64,000 nt of DNA from an uncultured Pseudomonadota bacterium (GTDB lineage Bacteria; Oederibacteriota; Muellerivitia; Muellerivitales; Muellerivitaceae), in contig CAWIIP010000002.1 of NCBI GenBank assembly GCA_963836235.1, positions 1,088,001-1,152,000 on the forward strand, in the 5' to 3' direction. The position numbers and the translations under genes were made by a program. This document shows, piece after piece, positions 57,175 through 64,000 of this stretch; within the stretch, counting starts at the first letter, position 1, and every line of letters begins with the position of its first letter. Below the pieces are notes generated by a model. That model did no database searches. It was given only the letters and a program-made list of their open reading frames with translations, and was not told where the DNA came from.

Positions 57175-57636
57175 TTAAGCCAAGGCATTGATGCCTGAAT
57201 TGCTGTCCGTTCCGAAGGAAGCAAGGTCGTTGTTTAAAAGTTGCTGGGATTCCAAACCCAAAGCCGCGTTCGTGTTGGAGAGCGATGGCGAACCCGAAGC
57301 CTGGCCTTGGCCGGCAGAGGAAGAACCCATGCCCAATAGGTTTTCCAACTGGTTCAATTGGGATGACAGTGAACCCATATCCAAACCTAACATAGCGGTG
57401 GAAGAGCCGAAGAGGGAATTCGTGGAATCACCCGAGACGGCGCTATAAAGGGTATTCATGTCGTTATATTGGACTTCCAAGAAGGCGGTTTGGGCTTTCT
57501 GGGCCGGAGTCTGGGCCTGATTCATGGCCTGGGTGAAAATGGAATCAAAACTATTGGTGCCGCCTAAAGCGCTAGTGAGGGAGTCCGAAGATCCGGATGA
57601 AAAAAGCGAATCGATTGGATTGATACCGTTGAGCAT
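57175..57636 (-). CDS. Hypothetical Ser/Gly/Gln-rich protein
   Basis: SD GAGGAG; no signal peptide; low complexity. Confidence 0.7.
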   Translation of the reverse strand: MLNGINPIDSLFSSGSSDSLTSALGGTNSFDSIFTQAMNQAQTPAQKAQTAFLEVQYNDMNTLYSAVSGDSTNSLFGSSTAMLGLDMGSLSSQLNQLENLLGMGSSSAGQGQASGSPSLSNTNAALGLESQQLLNNDLASFGTDSNSGINALA

Positions 57637-57806
57637 GAATTTCTCCTCAAATCACCTAACGGTTGGCTTGGCGTTTCCTGAAGGGGTGAAAAATCCATTT
57701 TTAAAGGGCCTTTAGCCCTTCACCGGCCACCAAAAAAAGAACCGGCCGACCAGCCCCAAAAAATCCATTAAGAAAACTTGGCTTGATGGAAATGCCGGTT
57801 CCGCTT

Positions 57807-58553
57807 TTATTGGGCTATCGGGGTTTCTTCTGGAGTGGGGGTGGGAGTTGGAATAGTACTAATGTAATATTTATCGAATACTTTTAGGGATTTCGGGTCT
57901 TTGCAATTCACGCAGTTGGAAACCACTTGGCCTTTTTCGGTATCGAAAAGAACGGAAGCTTTCTCGTAAAAAAGCTTGTCATTGAGCTGGTCTTTTTCCG
58001 CCCCGCAAATACTGGTGAGTTTGATGAAGGCCAAGTAGGGCTTGGTCCATTGGATCAATTCCACTTTGGGTTGCTGGCAGTCCTCATCCTTGATTTCATC
58101 CACCAGGGCTTTTTCCAGGTCCGCCGTGATTTCGGTGGTTTTCCCGCTATTGATGTCCACGAAATAGGTCTTCCAAATTCCCTCAATGGCCTCCAAACGG
58201 ATGAAAAATTTCAGGCTGTCCGTGGCCCAGTCGAAATGAATCGAGGTGGGCTGGGCGGGGTCCATGTCGTCCCACTTCACTTTAAAAGTTCCCCTGTCGG
58301 TTTCTTGGATCAAGGGGGTTCCAGCGTCCATGATCTGAAAATGATGGTCGGGGCGCCTGACGTTCACAAGCATCATGGGATAACGAAAAAAAATACGGTC
58401 CCCGACGCGGCGGTCGATGACCTGCTCGACATAAACGCGGTACCGGTCATTGGGGGAGGTGGAGAGGTAAACCTGTTGACCTGCCCGAGCCACGGACGTC
58501 CAAAGAGTGAACAACAGAAGAAAGGCCGAAAAACATTTCAAGGAAGTCTTCAT
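57807..58553 (-). CDS. Secreted hypothetical protein
   Basis: Signal peptide ending ARA; STSPNDRY; PTPTP tail. Confidence 0.7.
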   Translation of the reverse strand: MKTSLKCFSAFLLLFTLWTSVARAGQQVYLSTSPNDRYRVYVEQVIDRRVGDRIFFRYPMMLVNVRRPDHHFQIMDAGTPLIQETDRGTFKVKWDDMDPAQPTSIHFDWATDSLKFFIRLEAIEGIWKTYFVDINSGKTTEITADLEKALVDEIKDEDCQQPKVELIQWTKPYLAFIKLTSICGAEKDQLNDKLFYEKASVLFDTEKGQVVSNCVNCKDPKSLKVFDKYYISTIPTPTPTPEETPIAQ

Positions 58554-58926
58554 GTAAATCCCTTTCGTTTGATTCCGCGGGAAGAAGTGCTTCATCCCTT
58601 ACATATCCTCGCCAAACTCGAAATAGTACGAAATTTTGATCGTCACCGATACAACTCCCACCGTCAGTAACGATGGCTGAAGTGCCCCTATCCGCAACGG
58701 CCAATTCGTCCAACCGTACCCCAAGCCCCAGACTAAGTCCACCTTTTTTACCGCAACGGTGGCGTTAAAGTCCACTTGTAAAACAAGGCATTTTCGATAT
58801 TGGCGTCTTTGATGGCCTCCGGCCCAAGCTTAATTAGCTCGAATTATTGAAAACCTCGACCAATTGCGGAAATTTTATGGCAGGAGCTTGCAACACAAGA
58901 CTTTTAAATTCGACGAACCCGGATTT

Positions 58927-59433
58927 TCAATTATACCGGCTGTTGATTTGGGAAATCATCCGGCGAGCAGGAGTGTAATCCGGAAGAATCTCGAGGGCTT
59001 TGTTGAATTCTTCCAGTGCCTCATCCGTTTTTCTCAAATGGAGGTAAACCCGGCCCAGGTTGAAATGGGGATAATGGCGGGGTTCGTAGCGTCTGGATTC
59101 TACGGCTTTTTCCAGCCAAGGGATGGCTTCTTCCCATTTTCCCTGTTCGATGAAATAAGCCCCAATGTCGTTATAGGGGTTGCCGAAAGAAGGGTCGGTA
59201 TCGATGGCCCTCAGGCATTGTTCGATGGCTTCGTTGTAGTCACCCTGATGGGAATAGGCCCAGCCCAGAAAAGTGTGGGCTTCGGCGGTCGGGAAAAATC
59301 CTAAAGACTCCTTATAAAGTTGGATTGCTTTCGTGACATAACCATCCACTTGGGCCTGGTAGCCCTTCATCCAAAGTGACAAGGCCTTGGCGTGTTTTTC
59401 TCGTTCATCCAATGGAATTTCATTTTCTATCAT
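58927..59433 (-). CDS. TPR protein
   Basis: SD GAGGAGG; PTAEAHTFLGWAYS, FGNPYNDIGAY, PHFNLGRVY. Confidence 0.88.
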   Translation of the reverse strand: MIENEIPLDEREKHAKALSLWMKGYQAQVDGYVTKAIQLYKESLGFFPTAEAHTFLGWAYSHQGDYNEAIEQCLRAIDTDPSFGNPYNDIGAYFIEQGKWEEAIPWLEKAVESRRYEPRHYPHFNLGRVYLHLRKTDEALEEFNKALEILPDYTPARRMISQINSRYN

Positions 59434-59666
59434 GGCTTCCTCCTCGAGGTCAAAGCTTTTGGCTCTTCCCATCCAGGCCTTGGATAGTGGTGACATTTTT
59501 TCGGAAAAGGTGATATCGGAAAAACTGTTTAAACCCCGAGTGACTACAAAAGTTGTTAATCCTAACCCCAGGCTTGGGGTTCAAAGTACATGGGTGAAGT
59601 ATAAGCTAGTAGCAATATCGATTAAGTTTGCTTCGCCCACCTACCGGGATTTAAACCCCGGCCCGA

Positions 59667-60932
59667 TCAATGAAAGACGTCGATAAAGTCGTTGGTCGAA
59701 TCCCCTACAAATATATAATTGGTTCCTCCGATATTCGCGAAGGCAATGCAGGAGGGGGCAAAAGGAGCGCCTTCGTGGCCCGATGGACTGGAATTGGTCA
59801 TTTCTGTCATAAGAACCCCTGTAGTTGAGTACACCTCGACGATATTAGCCCCGGCATCCGCCACGTAAACGCAGGGCCCTCCGCTGCAATTCGTGGAGTT
59901 GTCCACCGTCAAACCGTGTATCGCACTGTTAGGCAAAGCTGGCCAAGATTCAAGAATAGTCGTAGCACCCGAGGTGAATTCTTCTACCATTGAGGGATTG
60001 TATCCCGTATCGCTCACCCAAACATTCCCCCCCGAATCACAAGTGATCGCATAGGGCGACTTAAAGGGGAGGGAGGGTTGTTTGAAAGCGACACCGGTAC
60101 CGCCAATAGTAACTCCGGAAAATCCATTCCAAAAGTGCTCCGGAACAACGCCAGATGCGTTAGGGTTAAAGGCGGGACCGTCGAACTCTTCCACATAACT
60201 GTTCCCGGTGTCCGCGACATAAACATTATTGTTTCCATCGGCGGCTAAGCCTTTAGGGTTTTTAAAGACAATTCCACTGTAACCACTTACGCTGGCAGGC
60301 TCCCAAATAAATCCTAACCCATAGTCGGTCCAACCGTTATAAGGAGTAATCGGCGCTGTTGAAAATCCAGTGTACAAGATAGCGCCTCCATTTGATTGGA
60401 CATCCAAAATGGCAGCGTATCCGGTGGCACCCCCAGGATTTACGAACCCCTGGGGACCGTTGAGGGCAATAGAAGACGGTGACCAGGGAGGCGTTGAGTT
60501 CGGGGTAGGAAAACCCTGCAATACCACGTTCGTATAACTCGGTGGAGTATTCAGTGTTCCACCGGCCCCAGTGGCAAATCCTTCCACCCCTAAGGCGGTC
60601 CCTTTTGAGGTATTTTGTAATTCGGCGGCGGTTAATACGTAACCTGCTCCGGCGGAATTGATTACCAATTCACTGGGAGAACCGGTAGTTGGATAATTAT
60701 TCTGGAAAACTGGCGTGGGAAGAGTGAAAGTCGGAATAGGAGTCGGCGTGCCGGGTGTACCTACGACGGAAGCTGGAGTCGGAGTAGATGTACCGGGTGT
60801 CCCGCCGGGCGTTGATCCACCGCTACCACTGGGCAAAGTTGGACCCGTCCCTTTATTGGAATTATTGTCACTACAAGCCAAAGGAATAATGAGCCCCGAC
60901 AGGAGGATCAAAAGAACCAGAAGTTTTTTCAT
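59667..60932 (-). CDS. NHL-repeat lipoprotein
   Basis: Lipobox PLAC; FKNPKGLAAD...VYVADTGN repeats. Confidence 0.85.
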   Translation of the reverse strand: MKKLLVLLILLSGLIIPLACSDNNSNKGTGPTLPSGSGGSTPGGTPGTSTPTPASVVGTPGTPTPIPTFTLPTPVFQNNYPTTGSPSELVINSAGAGYVLTAAELQNTSKGTALGVEGFATGAGGTLNTPPSYTNVVLQGFPTPNSTPPWSPSSIALNGPQGFVNPGGATGYAAILDVQSNGGAILYTGFSTAPITPYNGWTDYGLGFIWEPASVSGYSGIVFKNPKGLAADGNNNVYVADTGNSYVEEFDGPAFNPNASGVVPEHFWNGFSGVTIGGTGVAFKQPSLPFKSPYAITCDSGGNVWVSDTGYNPSMVEEFTSGATTILESWPALPNSAIHGLTVDNSTNCSGGPCVYVADAGANIVEVYSTTGVLMTEMTNSSPSGHEGAPFAPSCIAFANIGGTNYIFVGDSTNDFIDVFH

Positions 60933-61200
60933 TTTCCGCCTCGATGAGTATTGACTGCCAGCCGCCATCAATTTTACCCGACTTACGCCTTTTTTACATG
61001 ACCAACCCTAAATCCCGCTTAAGGAATGTGAAAAAGAACAGTTTTTGAGGGCACTTTGGAGGTGTGAATTTCTCCCCCAAGTGAGGGTTTAAGCGCGGGC
61101 AGGAGCTTTTTGGGGAATTGACCTATCGAGTCAATCAAACCTTATATTCTGTCAAAAAATTACTTCTGAATGTTTTTAGAACCATTCAATTTTATTGGTC

Positions 61201-62001
61201 TTAATCAACTCCAAAAGTCGCGCCAACATAAAGATTGAGCCCATCACCTTCCAAAGCCCCAACATCGGAAGTATTGCCATCAAAGGTCAATGAATCGAAA
61301 GGTATTTTGGAGGCCCCATTGATTTGGTCGAAAGAGCCCCATCGTTGATAAGCCCCTCCTATCAATGAAAAATTGTTATCCATGTAAATTTCTAACCCAG
61401 CGCCCAAGTTAAAACCTATACCCGAAATGGTTTCGTCATTAGTACTTACGACAGTGCCCGGAACCGTACTCGTATCAACTAAATATGAAAATTGGCGGAC
61501 CCAAAGCCAGGGAAAACTGACCCCAATGCTGACAAACGGCTGGGTGGGCAATTGGGTGAAAAAATAGCGTTTAAAATCCACATTGATGGCCGACAAGCTG
61601 GCGGGGTTAGTAGTAGTGACCCCACCGCTAAAATAAGACCCGGTCGTGTCGTTTCGCCAAAAACTCACTTCCACTGCCCAAGGGCCTTCTCTTTGTCCCA
61701 CGAGAACACCCCATCCAAACTTACGTGTAATGGAAGGAATAAAATCCACTTCTTGTATTGGGCTTACGCTACTGGTCGAAGATACAAAGCCGTTTGTTCC
61801 GTTGAAATCGCCCCATTGATCAATGTCGGAAGACGTTCCCAAAACCCCGATATAGCTGCGCGATTTAACGAAATCGTTGGTTTTGGCGCCAAAAAACTCA
61901 CCCACGCTGTCGTCACTTTCAGCGAAAGCTTTAAAGCAAAACCCGCTTAAAAATACTGACGTAAAGAGCATCGCGAATAAGGCGGTTTTATGGAATTTCA
62001 T
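61201..62001 (-). CDS. Outer-membrane beta-barrel protein
   Basis: Signal peptide; QPFVSIGV, GFNLGAGLE, LYVGATF terminal strand. Confidence 0.7.
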   Translation of the reverse strand: MKFHKTALFAMLFTSVFLSGFCFKAFAESDDSVGEFFGAKTNDFVKSRSYIGVLGTSSDIDQWGDFNGTNGFVSSTSSVSPIQEVDFIPSITRKFGWGVLVGQREGPWAVEVSFWRNDTTGSYFSGGVTTTNPASLSAINVDFKRYFFTQLPTQPFVSIGVSFPWLWVRQFSYLVDTSTVPGTVVSTNDETISGIGFNLGAGLEIYMDNNFSLIGGAYQRWGSFDQINGASKIPFDSLTFDGNTSDVGALEGDGLNLYVGATFGVD

Positions 62002-62254
62002 TCGTTGCGCCATCCCCCGATCTGAAGTTTCACGGAAGCAGGCCAAAACATTGAAGTGGCCTCGTATTGGGGCTTATTTTACCTAAGGTTTTAAGAATTA
62101 GAAAGAAAACTTTAGGGACTTACGATTCCGGCAGGGGGTCAGTCAAAAGATGATAGTTTATTGCCCCAATTTAGGTCATTAGATAAACAAAACCTATTTC
62201 GAACAAATCATGCAAATGAAGGAAAAAATAAAATTTAATGAACTTTTTCTTCGG

Positions 62255-63430
62255 CTAGGGCTGAAAGTTATATATCCCGTTATTGTTAAAATCGGACACA
62301 AGAATATCGCTCCCGAAAATAATCACACCATCTGGACTGGGGTTATTTGGCGCATTATTCCCGGGCCCAGCCGCCAAGAGACTTCCCACCAAGTTATATA
62401 TTTCCACCTGGCTATTGGCCACATCCGCCGCATAAAGATTAGTGCCGTTAATGGCGATTCCATAAATATCGGAACCGGGAACGGTTGAAAATTCACTGGA
62501 ATAGGTAAAGGTCGTGGGATTGAATATTTGGATTAACTGATTGCTGGCATCGGCTACATAAAGATTCCCAGAACCATCCAAAGCGACCGCACTGGGGTTA
62601 TTAAAGGTTCCCGCCCCGGAACCAGTCCCACCCCACTCCGTGACGGATGATGAAAAACTGCCGAGGGCAAATATTTCAATTTCATCATTTCCCGTGTCCG
62701 CGACGTACAAGTTGGCGCTATCCACCGCGATCCCTTCAGGGCTCGAAAAGGAAGTTGGCCCGGTGGCCGTTGTTGTCCAGGAAGTTAAAGTAGTCTGGTA
62801 ACCTCCTGAGGAGTTAAAAACATAGACACCATTGTTACCTCGGTCGACAACATAAATGTTCCCGCTTCCGTCAACAGCGGTTCCGTAAGGAACCGCGAAG
62901 GTGACTCCGGCAAGTGTTCCCACAGAAACGCCACTAGAATTGAATTCCTCGACCTGCCCGAAAGCGGGAGCTTCTCCCTCTTCGGCCACATACACAGTCG
63001 TTCCCGAGCTATTGGCCGCTAATCCACTGGGGGAATAACTACCGGTTGTCCAAGGGGTCCCCGTAAGCGTAGGGGGAGAGGTGGAGAATGTGCTTGTGGG
63101 TATAAAGGTGTTGGTCGAAGTCGGGCTAGCCGTGTAGGTAGCCGTATTCGTTGGAGTGCCTGTTTGAGTCGAAGTAGGCGTAATGGTTAAAGTCGATGTA
63201 ATCGTAGGGGTAGGGGTAACAGTCGAAGTATATCCGTTAATATTGGTGGCCGTCGCGGTGGCCGTCGCGGTCGAAGTGGGTGTGCTCGTATTGGTATAGC
63301 CAGCCCAATTAGTTGGAATGGGTGTGAGGGTGGCTGTGGGTGCCGGGCTGATCGGATTGTTGTTTTTGGAACAAGCCCATGGAATGGTTGTGCCAATCAA
63401 AACAATTAAAGTTAAAAAAATCTTCTTCAT
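62255..63430 (-). CDS. NHL-repeat lipoprotein with Thr-rich tether
   Basis: Lipobox PWAC; [19 protein letters not shown] repeats. Confidence 0.88.
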   Translation of the reverse strand: MKKIFLTLIVLIGTTIPWACSKNNNPISPAPTATLTPIPTNWAGYTNTSTPTSTATATATATNINGYTSTVTPTPTITSTLTITPTSTQTGTPTNTATYTASPTSTNTFIPTSTFSTSPPTLTGTPWTTGSYSPSGLAANSSGTTVYVAEEGEAPAFGQVEEFNSSGVSVGTLAGVTFAVPYGTAVDGSGNIYVVDRGNNGVYVFNSSGGYQTTLTSWTTTATGPTSFSSPEGIAVDSANLYVADTGNDEIEIFALGSFSSSVTEWGGTGSGAGTFNNPSAVALDGSGNLYVADASNQLIQIFNPTTFTYSSEFSTVPGSDIYGIAINGTNLYAADVANSQVEIYNLVGSLLAAGPGNNAPNNPSPDGVIIFGSDILVSDFNNNGIYNFQP

Positions 63431-63487
63431 CCTAGGCTACCTCCGCCTAAAAGGAACTTATCCTTTTTAAGCATTTACGCGACCCTA

Positions 63488-64000
63488 TTAAGGCGTGAAT
63501 TTAAAGACTTCATTTGCTACTGAATCCGTCACATAAATATTTTCACCGCTGTCCACCGCGATGCCATTCGGGCTATTCAATAAACCGCCATCATTGAAAA
63601 AAACCGGCGGCACTTGGTTGAACATACCGGCGGTAAATTCCTCGACTTGCTTATTCCCCGTATCCGCGACAAAAAGATTATTGCTGGAATCAAAGGCAAC
63701 ACCCGTTGGATTAATGAATCCAGGAATAACGGAAGTAACATTTCCAGTACCGGTATCAAACGCCAATAGGGTGCTATAACTGCTGCTGTTAACTCCCGCG
63801 CCTTGAGTGGCCAAATAAACCGATCCACCATTTACCGCTAAGCCAGCAAGGGCGACTGGGGCGGTAATTGTTACTGATGCGGAAACAAAGGTGACGGGCG
63901 CGGTTAAGGTAATGGCCCCAAAGCCAGTTGTTACCCCACTGGCGGTCATTTCGACAATCCGGTTATTCGTAGCATCGCTTACATAAATATTTCCACCGCC
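63488..64000 (-). CDS. NHL-repeat protein, partial (5' end outside the window)
   Basis: FINPTGVAFDSSNNLFVADTGN; the frame is open to the window edge. Confidence 0.85.
   Translation of the reverse strand, partial: GGGNIYVSDATNNRIVEMTASGVTTGFGAITLTAPVTFVSASVTITAPVALAGLAVNGGSVYLATQGAGVNSSSYSTLLAFDTGTGNVTSVIPGFINPTGVAFDSSNNLFVADTGNKQVEEFTAGMFNQVPPVFFNDGGLLNSPNGIAVDSGENIYVTDSVANEVFKFTP

Noticed and set aside
58800-58835. c-di-GMP-I riboswitch-like GCCTCCGGCCCAAG
   Set aside because: The upstream GGCAAA/GAAA/GACGCAAA elements are missing, and it is on the opposite strand to the flanking genes

Overview
Bacterial chromosomal window from a diderm organism; no rRNA, tRNA, CRISPR or intact mobile element was recognised. 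The left ~30 kb is a polysaccharide (cellulose/beta-glucan) degradation region. It holds three very large secreted glycoside hydrolases (GH9, GH8+CBM11-like, GH5), each built as catalytic domain, long Thr-x stalk, a shared ~140-aa beta-sandwich and a T9SS-type-A-like C-terminal sorting domain. It also holds two CBM-like lipoproteins, a GH44 behind three tandem GT-C-like membrane paralogues, a PorV/PorQ-family barrel fused to TPR, and an ECF sigma whose putative anti-sigma ends in a FlgD/sorting-signal-like Ig domain. Candidate operators lie in the intergenic gaps: a perfect LacI/cre-type palindrome and a recurrent TTTATCGATAAA-type motif. The middle has housekeeping genes (purE, ppc, sua5, M32 peptidase), a vapBC pair, two triple-unit hairpin repeats, and an AT-rich NotI-family R-M cassette flanked by two toxin-less antitoxin genes. 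The right end has system II cytochrome c biogenesis genes, TPR-beta-barrel paralogues, livFG, a frameshifted GT-C gene and NHL-repeat lipoproteins. The architecture suggests (inference only) a T9SS-bearing lineage outside Bacteroidota, such as FCPU426/Goldbacteria-like organisms. All family calls come from motif recognition by eye, not from database searches.
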